Assembly: GCF_021028975.2 (NCBI RefSeq)
Contig: NC_059437.1
Location: 21,452,001 to 21,516,000 of the forward strand
DNA from: Sphaerodactylus townsendi
Taxonomy: Eukaryota
Direction: 5' to 3'
Length of the DNA: 64,000 nt
Shown piece after piece: positions 1 to 14,043 of this stretch. Position numbers and translations under genes: made by a program. The notes beneath the pieces are model-generated. The model ran no database searches and had not been told where the DNA came from. It saw only the letters and a program-made list of their open reading frames with translations. Each line of letters starts with the position of its first letter. The stretch's first letter is position 1.

Positions 1-2281
1 AACCTTGACTATTGTGTTGGAAGATGCACTGTCTGGGGTACAAAAAGAGAAGAAGTTCCTGCAGAGGGCAGCATATGGAAAATTAGGCAGGAATGTGTGT
101 TTCTACCTTCTTCCTTTGGCTGAGTGTCATTTCCCCATATGTTTCCAGGGTGCAATTCCCAGCCTGTTCCTTCTCAGAGTTCCCTTCCACCTGTGTAGCA
201 AGTTCCTAAATAAAGTACTGAGCCTTCATGTTTGTGTGATTAATACTATATTTGCTGAGCTGAAACTGCACATTTGTGTGCATGTGAATGTGTTTAAAGA
301 GGAAAACAAGGTCCAGTGATACATAGCTCAATATCAAGTCAATAATGTAAAACAATTATTTATTTGAATGATAAATTACAATAAAATTAATTCAGCATAT
401 GTTACACATGGGTTGTACAGACTGCAAAATGCAACAATGGCACCACTGTAGCCAAGTTAAATGAATTGTTAACAATTAGCAGAGACAGTTAGTGAAAACA
501 GCAAAAGTACCTTATTATTAGATTTAAAAAAAATGTTTGCATCAAGGCAGAAAGCAGTCATGAAAATGCTTTCTAGCAGCTCCTGAAAATGCTTTCTACC
601 AGTATCATGTGAGAATCAGCAATAATATCCACATGAGGACATTGTTAGAACAAGTCAACCAAGAGGTGTCATGATCAGTAAGTCGTGATCAATAAGTCGT
701 GATCAGTATGTTGGACATACGGTAAAACTGGACAGAGAATGAGAAAAATTGGGTTCAAATTCCCTTTAGCCACAAAGCTTATCAAGTGAGTTTGCACCTG
801 TCATCATGTCTCAGTCTGAATATATCATAAGTTGTGAGGATAAAAGGGAGCAGGGAAGCCAAGAGATCCTTGGACAAAGGGCAAGAGAAAAGTGTAAATT
901 TTCTTATAATAACCACATAGAACTGGCAGGAAGATCCTTCCCATCATTTGTAAAGTGGACATCTCATTACGGAAGAAAATGTAGTGGGGCTGTAAGTAGG
1001 TTTTGCACCACCTGAGATTTTCATGAAGGTGTTTTAATATGTGGCATTGCACCTTGATTTGAAGAATGATGTTCTGCTTTAGAATAGGCACATTTCTGAT
1101 GAAAAAACAGAAATCATGCAAATTGTTGTTCCATATTCAACTACTTAATGTTCCAGTCTTTGGTCCTCCCCAGATTACACTTGAGCTGTGATAAATTTTC
1201 CTTTACCATGCTATGATGAAAAAATTCCCCTTTAGCTATTATAACATTGAGCCTCTTGGGGAACTAAAAGGTGACTTAAGGAAGTTGTTATGGGAAGGTG
1301 CTCATTTATAAGGAGGTAAATACTTCCGAATGTACATTTTTTTCAAACAATAAAACAATGTTCCACTTACCAGTAACTGTTGTTAATTGAGTGATTGCTA
1401 CAGGCGTACAGAAGCCATGACAAATGGATGACACAAGCACTATATTTATTTAGTTCATTTTGATTTCACTTTTCTCTGCAACAAGATTCCAAATCATTCA
1501 CTGTTCCTCCATTTTATCCTCACAGCAGCCCTGTTAGGTAGGTTATCCCGAGCATAAGTGATTGGCTCAAGCTTCACCAGCAAGCATCCACTCCAAACTC
1601 ACAGGGGCCAAATAAGTCTCTCAAAGCTGCAATATATTGTAAAGTTGACTCCCCGGCTATTGTTCACACTGACAGAATTTATAGCATCACATTAAATTTG
1701 GGCATCAAAAAAAATCCTTCAGTGCAGTAAGGACAATTTCACATTTCTCATCAGCAAGAGGAAAGAAATATAAAATATGTTGTCCTTCTACTCCCAGGAG
1801 GAGCAGCGTAAGTTTCCTTTCCTCAGACACATCTGTGTCACTACTTGCAAGCAGGTAATTATTTAAAGAAAAACAATTCCATGAAGTAATAGCAATTACA
1901 GGCTCACCTGGACTTTGTTAAAAATGCTGCCAGTGAGTTCAAAAGCAAAAAGCCATCCCATCTTCTTCACCGATTTATTATGTCTGTCTAATAATCAGGG
2001 CCCGAGCAAGGGGGGGGGGGGAACAGTGCCCAGGGCACGCATGTGCCCCGCATGCACACCCTGCCACACCCCCGCACCGGCACGTGTCCAGTACGTTGCA
2101 CACACCCCCATCCCCTTGGCGCTACGTCACTGCTAATAATGTTTCCATGTTCAGTTCCAAATGTCTTTATTCAAGCTTAAATTAAGCAACAAACAACACC
2201 CAAAAGCTGCACCCACTCCCCCTCTTTTCATAGCCTTATTTGCAATTCTCTTAAAGGGACATACACACTACACCACACCAT

Positions 2282-2421
2282 GGCCCCTTCCACACATGCA
2301 GAATAATCCACTTTCAATCTGCTTTCACATTGTTTGCAAGTAGATTTGGCTATTCCTCACAGCTGCAAAGTGCATTGAAAGTGGATTGAAAGTGCATTAT
2401 TATGCATGTGCGGACAGGGTC
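2282..2421. mobile_element. ~140-bp Harbinger-like MITE (older copy)
   Basis: Similar to 36281-36421. Confidence 0.75.
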
Positions 2422-2638
2422 TACGTCAGAGTGGGGAGTCAAACCTGGCTCTCCCGGATTCCAGTCTGATGCTCTGTAGAGTCTTGATGCCAAGTGTCAA
2501 CCGCACAGCACATAATTGTTTAGTTATCACCACATTCCCTACCCCCCATCCCACCCCATAACTCCCATGTTATGGATGTCACTTTGCCACCCAGAAAAAC
2601 TGACAAGAAGAATCCTGTTCATTTCTTTGGGCGCCTCA

Positions 2639-3382
2639 GGGCGTTTTCGCACACACTGTTTGTTGCAGATCCAGCATGTGAGTTCGTTGCTGTTTTCCAC
2701 ATTTTTTCGCACACACTTAAGCCGAAATGTGTCCCGACCCCCCTTCTGTGCCACATTCCAGCCGTTGTTCCACATTTTTCCTGTAGCTCGATACTTCTGC
2801 AACTTTCTTGGAAAAACCGGTTTCCCCCCACAATCTGGTGGCTAGGTGCGAAACAAATCTGGAGTAAGCGACAGTCAGGGGTGACACCCACAGTGTGACG
2901 CGATTTGATCCAGCCAATGGGAACGCAATTGGACTTGCTGGTTGCGCGCGCACATCCCATTGTTCCGCTTGAGTCTCACTCGACTCCCTCCCCTCCTCGC
3001 GTTCGGTTGTGTGCGCCTGATAGCTCAAGCTACCAAGTCCCCGTGGCACCGTTGCTTTGATACATTTGCAGCACGGTGACTCATTCGATCGTTTCGCCTC
3101 CGTTAACGCGGTAGCTCAACAGCCCGTCCACGGAAACGGGATGGGAAGCAATTTGGAAGCCCGCCCCCGGACGGCCCCATGATGGCGCGACAGCCAATCA
3201 GAGCGGTCGTTTGCGCCGCATTACTGGGCAATGCAGAAACCCGGGAGTTGCGAAGCAGGCAGAAGATGCGTGACTACCTGGCCATGTGTGAATGCCATCG
3301 AGCGACAAAACTGCATCAAAAAGGTCAGGGATCAATGCGGTTTGCTTTTATTCAAGAATAAAAAGTGTGTGCGAAAACGCCC
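2639..3382. mobile_element. 744-bp non-autonomous DNA transposon, perfect 19-bp TIR GGGCGTTTTCGCACACACT (Harbinger-like)
   Basis: Exact inverted termini; CpG-rich interior; no transposase. Confidence 0.8.
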
Positions 3383-3689
3383 ATAGTCTCACATTTGATT
3401 GGGCAATGAGGACTAATGCAATCCTCAGTGCTTTGTCAAATGCTGTATGGAATCATGGGGACAGCTTCACTGAAAGAGTTTTCTTCCTCAGTCCTGATCA
3501 GATCCGGTTCACTCCACTGATCACCACAAAGCCTGTTTCTGTTGCTGCCACACCGTTTAGTATCATTGTGGAACTTTTCCTCCCAATGTTTTATTGGTTA
3601 GAAACAAAAAGGGGCTGGTTGCCCAACCATACCCAATTCAAAGAAAGATGTACAGGGATGGTGACTCCATCTTGCAATGGAAGTCATTT

Positions 3690-3885
3690 TCAGGTAGCTG
3701 GCTCAGCTTTCCACCCTTCCGGTCTTCCCAGTCTTCCAGGGTTGGTAAGTGTAGATGACCGGGGAAGGCAATGGCAAACTATTCTGTAAACATAGTCTGC
3801 CTAGTTAGTAAATGTCATGATGTGACATCACCCCATGTGTCAGTAATGACCTGGTGCTTGTACAGGAGACTACCTTCACCTTTAA
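3690..3885 (+). mobile_element. Sauria/RTE-type SINE 3' part
   Basis: GGGGAAGGCAATGGCAAAC motif and (ACCTT)n tail. Confidence 0.55.
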
Positions 3886-5949
3886 TTAACCTGAGTCATA
3901 GGGTGTCAAAATGCAGTGAATGCTCTTACCAGGAAATACCCAGATAATTATCGATTGCACTAATTTGTCATGTCCGTTGAAAACAAGGACTAGCATTTTA
4001 CTGTGATGAAATGTCTTCTAGCTCCCAATAGTGCCACAAATGATATGAACAAATTAGAGCAACATCAGATACGCAAAACTGCTGACGAAAGGAACAGTGT
4101 GTTATGTTGGTGGTTGGGTGCCATTAACGTTCACAGATTCTGGGCAATAATAGCACAGTCCTAAGTGGCATTATACCCTTCTAAGGCCATGGACTTCAAT
4201 GCAGAATCCTCTACTCCAACAACACTGTTATTGCTTGACTGGATTGTTATGGAGGCTTTCAAACTTCCTGGCACTAGGGAACTTTTTGTACATTGACTGG
4301 TCTGCAAAGGAATCCTTGTACGGCTGGCATTGCATGGCAGAGGAATCTGAGATGCATTCTAGGGCATGCACTTTTGAACAGAAGGGACCTGGTTATAAAC
4401 CACTATTTATTGTAGGGAGTATTTTACTGTATGTTATGTGGGCCATACAACATGTTTATTGGCAGTTTTGTGGGTGATTGTTTATATTTTGTATAATATA
4501 TATATATATATTAAAAATGTATTTAAAAGGAAAAAATGATGGTGAGCAAAACTTTCGTAGGCAGTTTCTCTGCCATTTCAAATTTTCAAGAAACTCCAAA
4601 GTCCCTTGGAATATGGTTTGAGGCCCTCTGATTTAGTAGAAATAGATTAAAAAATTATACTTTGTGCCATGGTTTCAGAATCCAAAGCTGCTCTTAGGAA
4701 TTGCTTCTTTCTGGCTTATTCTTTCTTTTCCTGCTTCTCTCTGAGTAATTGTGATTCTCACAACAGTGTGGCAAGATAGGCAACTATTATTATATCCGTA
4801 TTGCACATTGGGGAAAGAGTCTGAGGGCAGCAAGGTTTGCCCAAGGTCAACTACAGTACTTGCGGCACAGTAGAGATCTGAACCTTTTAGATCACAGATC
4901 ATTCTCTTAGTTGCTTCACAATTCTTGCTCCGAAACAAAGGAACAAAGCTCTCAAATGCCACAGCAAACTGGCAGTAAGGATGTTCTAATGCAATGGACT
5001 ATTAATTTTTAAACTGCTACAGCTTGCCTCCCGTGCATTTTCAAGGCTCCTCTGAATGTTTTGTGGATGATCTGGGATCAAGTGTGGAAAGAAATGGGTA
5101 AGGTAAATGATGATGGATTTATCATTGCAGAGCTGGTTATTGTATTTCATAAATGTAGTTTTCAACAAAGGCAAGGAAACATTCTCTGTGGTTGCATTAG
5201 ACTTCTATGAGGAGGGTTTTTTGTCCTTTTCTTGTCCCCTGCCACTGCAGACCATGAATAAGACACCCACTTTACATAACACATACACTTCAAACCCATC
5301 AAAAGTGTTATTGCTGCACTGAGATTCTGGTGCTGTCTTGCTATGCTTGCAAAAGAATAGGCCTGCTCCCATGAAAGCTGAAATCCCACCTTTTGAAGAT
5401 TATACGAATCTACTGGAAGAGCCTGTGACAGACCAGCTACAAAGCAGGAACTGCTGTACATAAAATCTAAATATTAATACTGTTGCTACATTTAAGTCCT
5501 CTGAGAGGAAGGGGGAGAGTTAACTTCATATAGACTGCTCTTTAAAATTTATAACAAGGGCATTTTAATATGCATGCATTTAAGAGACGAAAATATTAGT
5601 TCATTGGAACTTTTCTGGCTGATTGTCAAGGCATTATGCAGAAAGCAGGCAGTAGCTCATACAGCAAAACTGGCGCAGAATGAGAATAGGGGCGGGAACT
5701 GGATTGGGGCCAGCTGGTCAGCTGACTAGGGATCTGCTCCTGCTTCTGTAGCTTGAGCTCCCAGAGGGCAGAGGAGAGTAGGGTGGTAGGAGCAGGCTGT
5801 GCCAACTGAAGCGAAGGAGGGTCATTAGGTTTTACTTCTGGTCCTTCTCTCATCCCAAGGGGACCTAGTAATGTTGTTTGTTCAACCCTTAAGCCTAAAA
5901 GCACTGCTGTTGTATATCAGTTTGGCTCAAAATAAAACAACTCTCATCC

Positions 5950-7850
5950 AGTATTTAATGCAGGATGAGGAGGCCAACCTGATGTGCATCATGGAGACCT
6001 GGGTGGCTAAAAGGGGAGAGGTGGCTCTCTGTCAAATTTGACACCCCTGATTTCCTGCTACAGCATCAGCCTAGAGTTGGTACATGGGGAGAGGTCTATC
6101 TGTGGTCTATCTGACCTCTGTGACACTCACCAAAAGTTTTCTTATCCAGTTCTGCCATATGTGTATTTGATTTGAGGAACTTGGGCTGTAATAGGTGTAT
6201 TGTCCACCCTACTGCCCAACATTCTTCCTCCATGAGCTGAGGGAGGCGGTTGGTGGTGAGGCCCTTGAGGATTGGTGTTCCTGAGGGCTTCAGTGTCCAT
6301 GCTGAGGCTACCTTAATGGTAACCCGGGATTCATGACCACAAGAAACATGGAGCTGTCCAAAAACATTCTGGTCCCTGCATATATAACACATCATACGTT
6401 TGATTTTCTCTGGGGATAAAATGTGTGGCTTGATAATGGACAAGATTTTCCACTCCCCCCTTTTCATAGGCCCCACCATTATCTGGTGAGGTTTAGACTC
6501 ATGGACACTCAGAACCTCTGCAAGAATGGGGGATGGGCAATAAGGACAGTCTGCCACAGAAGGCTGATAGATCCAGATGGTTTCAGGCATCTCTTAGGAA
6601 TTTCGCAGTCAGCAAAATTGGTTTGCAGCCCTGGCTGAATATGGAGGTGAATATTTAGGTGATCTGGGCTGCAGCAAACTAGTTCTGAGATACCCTCTTC
6701 CCTTCCATGGATCTTGGCATGTGCCTTGGTTTACTGAGGAGCTTGGAGCAATGAAGTTGTTGGCCAGATAGTTGGAGGAACATTCAAAGTGAATATGACC
6801 ATAGGTGAGAACAAATTGTCACTAGTTTGCAGCAGTGACAGTGATGAAGCGACCTCACTTCACCTGCACAATGCCATCTGGGAGAGCTTTTCTGGATTGT
6901 GACAAGACTTTTATCCCAGGGACTTATGGATGTAAAGCCCAAAGATGTACAGGCTCTCTATGACATGTTTGTGATGTATTTTGTGAATAAAGGTGCTGCC
7001 ATTTGCCATGACTTAGATTCAACTGTCCTTGACAGGTAAGTCATGCAGATCTATGGAAGGCCTGAACAGAATGGCTTAGTGCAAATAAACCAAACCTCAG
7101 TATAGGCAAGGTACTTGCAGTCAATGACAAAACTGTTCAGGGACTGAGGAGTCATCCTTTCTGGGAAGGAACTGCATTCCCCCGAACAAGCAGGTTTGTA
7201 GCTTGAGGATGCTGCTGGATCTTGGTCTGGTCTTCTCTGAAGCACAGTGCCTTTTATCAGCTTCTGCTGATGTGCTAACTGCCACTGTTCTTCAAAAAGT
7301 ATGAACTGGCAACAGTGATCCATGTCATGATTACATCTAGGTTAAATTAGTGAAATGTTTTGTGGTAAAACTACACTTGGAGGCAGCAGTGGGATGCACG
7401 GAACTGGGTTTTCCTTTTGATATACAGCTTCCGTGGCAGACTACCTAAAGAATCTCCGTAGTTGCTGAGTGATCTAGTTGAGTTCCTTTGTGTTTTCCAG
7501 GCTTCCTACGGGGCCAACTGTTTTCTTCAAATTTCCATCCCCTTTAGGTGTGACCTCTTGCTGTCTAAGCTCCTGTTTTTTCCACCTTGTAGGGTCTCTG
7601 ATAAAGTGTTGGTTCAGGAGAATTTGTAGCTTTACCACACATTTTACCTGGCGATGCCTTAAAAATGATCTGGCAACTTCAGTTGGTCTAAAGCACAACA
7701 GTCAGGCTACTGTCAGGGTACTGGCTGTCCATTTGTTTCCAGGCAAGTGTTGGGCTTACCTTTAAAGCCCTAAACGGCTTGGGGCAAGGATACTGGAAGG
7801 ACCACCGCTTCCCATTCAGTGGAATGGCGCCCCAAAAGATAAGGCTCATC
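5950..7850 (+). mobile_element. Old degenerate L2-clade LINE fragments
   Basis: Decayed endonuclease/RT-like segments (e.g. ccttggtttactgaggagc = PWFTEE); boundaries approximate. Confidence 0.6.
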
Positions 7851-8099
7851 AAACACCTATGCTACTTTCATTTAAGTACTAGGCCAAACCTGTTTCCCCA
7901 GTCTTGAATTAAAGGGGAATATCTTTTAACACCTCAATACCCTTCTTATATTGACTGTTCAGCATGTACACTCTTAAATTCACTTTAAATTCACACTTAA
8001 ATTCACACACATATGCATGTGTGTGTGTGTGTGTACAGCATTAAAATTAACACCAAGCAAGAGCATGAAGCATATATATACTGAATGCTTATAAATACC

Positions 8100-9810
8100 T
8101 GAAAGTCTCAGGGAGGGTTACAACATGACATAAAAATCACCTAAAAACAGTTATAAGATGTACACAATAAAACCTGTTTAGAATCCCAAAAAAACTATTA
8201 GAATTCCTAAAAACCTATTTAAATCCTGATATTTTCAAAGGGGGAAACCATCTCTTCAGCCAAAAGTCAGGGTAAATAACTGTCTACCAATTTTCTAAAC
8301 ATGTATAGAGAAGATGCTTGAGGTACCTAAGGAGGGAAATCATTCTACAATCTCAAGGCCATCACTGAAAAAGCTGTGTCTTGGGTCTCCACCTTTTTTT
8401 AATCGCTGAAGGTGGTGGTTCTACTAGAAGGGTTTAATCTGCTGATCTTAGGGCATGAACAGGTCAATATGGGAGAAGGTGTTCATTTAAATATTTGAGG
8501 CCCAAGATGTTTAGTCTCCCATGACTACCTTCTAGTACTGGCCTTGGAGGTAGGAGCAGAACTACTGCAAAGAAAGGCCCCTCAACGCCCAAGCTCTGTA
8601 GCCTTTCCAGGATACTGTAGTCAATAGTACCACAAGCCACCAAGAGATCCAGGAGGACCAACAGAGTTGCATTGACCCTTTGTCTCTCCCAGAAAAGGTA
8701 AGAATTCAGGGCAACCCAGGTGGTTTCAATTCCATGACCGAGCCTGAACCCAGGCTGAAATGGGTCTAGATAATCAGCTTCTTCCAAACATGCCTACAGT
8801 TGAACAGTCACAACCCTCTCTATCTTAGCTAAAAAAGGTATGTTGGGCCACCAGGCGATAGTTTTTTAGATCCTCAGGGTCTAAAGAAAATCCCTTAAGG
8901 GGGAACACCACCGCCTCCTTGAGAACCATCGGAACTACTGCCTTTCTCAAGAAGGTATTCACTATCCCCGTGGTGGCGAACCTTTGGCACTCCAGATGTT
9001 ATGGACTACAATTCCCATCAGCCTCTGCCAGCATGGCCAAGTGGTCATGCTGGCATGGGCTGATGGGAATTGTAGTCCATAACATCTGGAGTGCCAAAGG
9101 TTCACCACCACTGCACTATCCTCAATATCCATTCTGTCATACCCAAGTGGCTAGTTTTTATAACCCAAGAGAGGCAAACATCTAGAAGACATGTAGTTGG
9201 CTGGACTCAACAAGCAAATTGTCCACATCTTCAGGCCTCATTAATTGAAACTGATCCAAAATAACTGCACCAGATGGTTCTCTGGATGCCCCCTCTGAAC
9301 TACTCTCAGTTGTGGCATCCAATTTCCAGTGGATCTGAGCGACTTTGCCCTCAAAGCGTCTTGCAAAATCGTCACAGCAGACATTATCTGTCCACTGCCC
9401 TTGTCTCCTTGGACTTGACCTTACAAGAGTGTTCACCGTACAGAAAAGTTCTGCTGGATGACTACTTGAGGACACAATGGTGACAGAGTAAAGCACCTTT
9501 CTGCTATCACCACAACCATCTGGTATAATAACATGCTCTTAACTTGTATTTAGTCAGCCTCACAGCAGGATTTATACCATCTGCACTGTAGCTGTCGACC
9601 TTCTTGTTTCATAGCCTGAAGCTCTGTAGAATACCAAGGAGTTTTATGGGTTCTATAGGTAAGGTGAGGGCACTCGAGAATGATGGTGTCAATGGCCCTA
9701 TTCATCAGTCCAGAGAGAGACCAAAGCCTTGACTGAAGTGCCATCCATGCAAACTGGAAAGTCCCCGAGAACATTCAGGAACTGCTCTGGTTTTATCTGT
9801 CTCCGACAGT
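8100..9810 (-). mobile_element. Old L2-clade LINE fragment
   Basis: LDPFQPGFRLGHGIET, LLVLLDL, PWYSTELQAMK in ORFs 8464-8787 and 9550-9774. Confidence 0.8.
8968..9113. mobile_element. Fully palindromic hAT MITE, 8-bp TSD CACTATCC, nested in L2
   Basis: TSD at 8960-8967 and 9114-9121; near-perfect ~70-bp arms. Confidence 0.9.
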
Positions 9811-10179
9811 GGACCATCTCAATGGGTCTCCCTCTTCAGGGAGGAGGGGAAATTGTCACTGCGTCCAAATCTTACCAGGAAATGATCGGTCTATTTTCTA
9901 TGTAAACTGGAAAAGACTAGCAAATTGGTTACAGAAGGCAGAAAAGCAAGCGAGGAGAGTCAGTTCAAAGCATTATTTTAGCCTCTACTGTTGTCAGGCT
10001 GGATATAATCCATTAAAGTTGCAAAATTGCCTATGCCATCACTTCTTATAGCTCTTTCACATTCCTCTAAAAGTATTCCCATTCCTTTATATTAAGAAGG
10101 CAGGAAAAGGGATAGGGGAAATGAGACTAGAGTTTGTTCACAATCACACTTATCACTTCTTACCTGAGAAACAAATGGC

Positions 10180-13095
10180 AAACCATAAGAAAATGCCTTT
10201 ATTAAAAATTTGTCACCAAGGTTGGATTGCAAAACAGCTCCAAGATTAGTTTACATGATTACAACACTTTAAAAATAACTGTAACTCTTCCTTCAATATA
10301 TTAAAATAGGTTCTCTAAAGCTTTAATCCAGCATGATGGAGAAGGGAGGAATTTAACTTTTCATTTGCCAAAGATCAACAATTAATATTTATAAGCAAAA
10401 TATGTACCTTCATTTCCAAATCTCTGTTATGCACACGTGTTCTAGCATTGTCCCTGGGTCTACAGATTAGAAAATATGCATAGTTCAAGGATTTGCTTGG
10501 TGTTTCCAGGGGAAAAAAAGCAAAAGGACCTCTGCATTTTGGAAATATTTCATCCTTAGAGAAAAAGAAATCCACATCCTGTTGGAATTACATGAAGTTA
10601 CAAAGACACGCAAACAAGACAGATGGCCAGACCGCCAGCCGAAGAATGCAACTCACCAAGTGCCACTGCTTTGTTCTCACGGGCTGTACTCTCACATAAA
10701 CCTCATTAAAGATACAATAGAGGATGCACAGCCGGAGAATTGGGAAGGCTAAACTCAGCATTGATACATGTGAATTTTAAATAACTGTACCAGAAGCAGA
10801 ACACCAAACATTAGGCTAAAGAGCGTTTAAATACAGCATGCTTGCATTTGTGGCTAATATTCCCACCGCTACCACACACACAAAAAAATCCCTAGCCTGT
10901 TAATGAATGAAAAACATTATTCAAATGGCTGCTGTGGAGAGCTGCACCTCAAGGGCATATCAGTTAGGAGGACTGAGACAGTTTAACCCCTGTGACTGCC
11001 TGTCAGCAGCCTCCCTCCCTCCACAGTAGTGTGAATTAGGACCCAAACCTACAATCTCACACTTTACTACCTGTGCTGATCCCACTCGAGTCAGTGGGAT
11101 TTTCAAGCACAGGATTGCAACTGTAGTGTCCTACTTTCTGGCAAACAAAGGCTCATGTGCAACAAACTGGCACTTTAATGTTTCTAAGTTGGAAGATATA
11201 CAAGATGCTCCGTTCACATCTGCTGGACGTTCACTTAGCAGCAGGATGAGGGTGTTATAGCATATCAGACGGTCACAAATTGACTCACAAGTCAAGGAAC
11301 AAAACACCCTTGACTAATCCAGCAACTGAGAGCGAGGCACAGGAATTAACACAAGACAGTAGATCCAAACACTGGAGAACAAATTTATGTGGAAAATGCA
11401 CACAAACTTAGGAATTATTAATGTGTGGGAAGCATTGTCAGTTTGCTTACTCTGGAGTCACTCACATAAACCAAAGGACTTCATGTTGATGTGCCAGCAA
11501 CCAATCACCTGTGACAGACAGGAGCTTAAAGGGTCACCACGTTCTAATTCAAATTGAAAAAGGAAAGCCACCATTCTGGACTTCACCAACCACTTCGTGA
11601 AACTGTTGGTATTCTTTGACAAGTGTCTGACCATGAGCCTGTTAAATAAGATTGTCTTGCTTACATTTTAGTCAGTTGATCCTTTCAGATTTACTCCGTG
11701 TAAAACTGGACAAGTGTGCATGCAGGGCAATTAGACTATCAAATTCTAAAACAAAAACCACACTTGACTAAGCAGTGAGGGGTGAAGGCAATTCCTCAGC
11801 GCTTGTATTATGTAGTGTGTGTGTGTCTGCACATGCAGTCAGTTTTCCACATATTTTACATTTTGAAATAACTAAGGCTGACACATGTTGACTGCAGTCC
11901 ACGTCAACACTACTGTTGGTCCCCTATTTTAGTGCATCAGATCCTACGCAAGTTTTAGTGAGAAGAGTGGGCAGATCTTGCCCATCTTCCCCTTTCCTCC
12001 GGGATCTGAATACTGGAGGCCCAAATAGAACCATGCAATAGAGAGAGAGGCTGCAGTGAAGAAGTGAGGAGGATCACCCCCTTTGCCTCTTCTGCCCTTT
12101 GAGTCTCTGGTGGAACCCTCTCCTCAGCAGCTGGTTGTGTGGCTTGTTCAACCATGCAACCTTCGGCATCGCCTTCCTGATTCAGAAAGGCAGGAAAAAG
12201 CTGCTTCTGCCAATGGTTTGCACTGGTGGCCCATTCCTCTTTGGTACAGATTAGCATCAACGTGATTAGTACACCATGAAAACTCAGGGATAGGAGATGG
12301 TACCAGCTTTTTACTTCCATGACAATAATAAAAGGAGGGCGAAGGGGGCCACAACACTTATTCCAGGGCCACAACACAAAGCGGAAGAGGCACATAATGC
12401 AGAGCCAAATGTGCAACTTTAGCCCTGCATGCTCTGAAATTTTCTTTAAATTTTAACCATCCCAAACTGTGAGAAGATTTTGGCCAGAACAACTTTAGCC
12501 TGGAGCCCATCAAGGTGGTAAAACTCTCTAAAACGTACTGGTCTGGCCAGCAGGAGGGGCTTCATGGGGCAGAATACTGCCCCACTCTCCAAGAGTCCTC
12601 TGACCTAAATTAAAAATGAGCAGCATTCAGTCATTGAAGCTGAAACCTGCAGTCTGACTTGCTCTAACCGAAACAAATATTTAATTCCTTGGAGATTTGG
12701 CCTCTGAATACCTTTACCTGAGACATGCCACAAGGCAGGTGATAGATGGGAGAAAGGGTGACTGGTACAGGCTGCTGTTTCAAGGAAAAGGCCAAGTCAT
12801 TCTCCAGCAGTTATACTAGGATGGGTTTCTGATACCGATTACATGCTCATGTCAACATTGATTCTCTCATCCTCAAGACACTAGGACTAGAACAAACAAA
12901 CCCCAATTTAGCAGTCACCTGATTTGTACGGTTCTTTAGCACACTATGTTAGTGGAATAACTTCTGTTACTCCAAAGCAAGCAGCCTCTTGAGATCCAGT
13001 TTTGGGTATTAATGAGGCTACTACACTCAGCTAACAAAGTTCTGTCACCTGTGATTAATGTTCTGATTTGCACTAATGTGGCACAATGTTCCCAA
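10180..13095 (-). other. XIAP: Putative XIAP 3' UTR (~2.9 kb), polyA signal AATAAA at 10203-10198
   Basis: Transposon-poor stretch after the stop codon; AATAAA followed by U/GU-rich sequence; dense TE content resumes below ~9800. Confidence 0.5.
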
Positions 13096-13289
13096 TCATG
13101 ACATATAGATCTTTTGCCTTTTTGTAATAGGCGTGCAACACAAAGGGCATTTTTCAACAGCTTCCGCACAATCTTGACAAGTGACGAGGTGCCCACAAGG
13201 AATAAGGACCACAGAGATGGTTTTATCCATACATATTTTGCACAACTTCTCCTCTTGCAAGCGTCTTAGTTGCTCTTCAATACTGAGGC
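13096..13289 (-). CDS. XIAP: XIAP exon 7 coding part (RING finger, ends KIYMS-stop)
   Basis: [21 protein letters not shown]...PCGHLVTC..C......CPLC; TGA at 13098-13096. Confidence 0.97.
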
Positions 13290-14006
13290 CTATGGGTGGA
13301 GGGAATAAAATAATTTCAGAAGGAAAAAAGCACCAGATTTTACATTTCTCCCTCCTTACACCCCCCTCCTCATGACTCTGTATACAAAACATCAAAACAG
13401 AGATACAGTGTAGTGGTTAGTGTTTGGTCTTACACTGGAGAAATATGGGTCCAAATCCCCACAGCCATAAAGAACATTGGGTAAGACTAAGCCAATAATT
13501 TCTGTCTGCCTTACCTACTTGGTAAGGTTGTTGCAAGGATATAGTGGAGATGGAGACATCCTCTATATCTGCTATACCCAAGGCTCCGTAGACCAAGGGA
13601 AGAGCAAAGGATTGTAGATTTGTGTTCAGATCAGGAACTACAATTCCCATCAGCCCCTACCAGCATGGCCAATTGGCCATGCTGACAGAGGCTGATGGGA
13701 ATTGTAGTTCCTGAACATCTGGAGAGCCGCAGGTTCCCTACCCCTGAGCTAGATGAACTGGTGCACAGTACTGAGTAAGTAGTCCTCCGGTTCAGGCTGC
13801 ATCACTGTTCCTGTGAATAGGGGCCACAAGCAATTTACTTGCCTCTTAACCATAATTCCCTCCATCTGCAACATGGGCAAGATTTACTGAATCTTACCAA
13901 CTTTCCACTGGCAGAAACAGATAATTTTTCCACCTTTCCTTCTTAAGCAGCCCATTTGCATTCCTGTAAATGTTACAGGCTGGGGGGAACCTGTCTTTGA
14001 ATGTCT

Positions 14007-14043
<37 letters not shown>

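Noticed and set aside
669-710. Three copies of TCGTGATCARTAAG
   Set aside because: Short local tandem duplication with no supporting context
2639-3382. CpG-rich region as promoter of the expected neighbour STAG2
   Set aside because: Bounded exactly by 19-bp TIRs, so it is a transposon; no STAG2 exons recognised in the window
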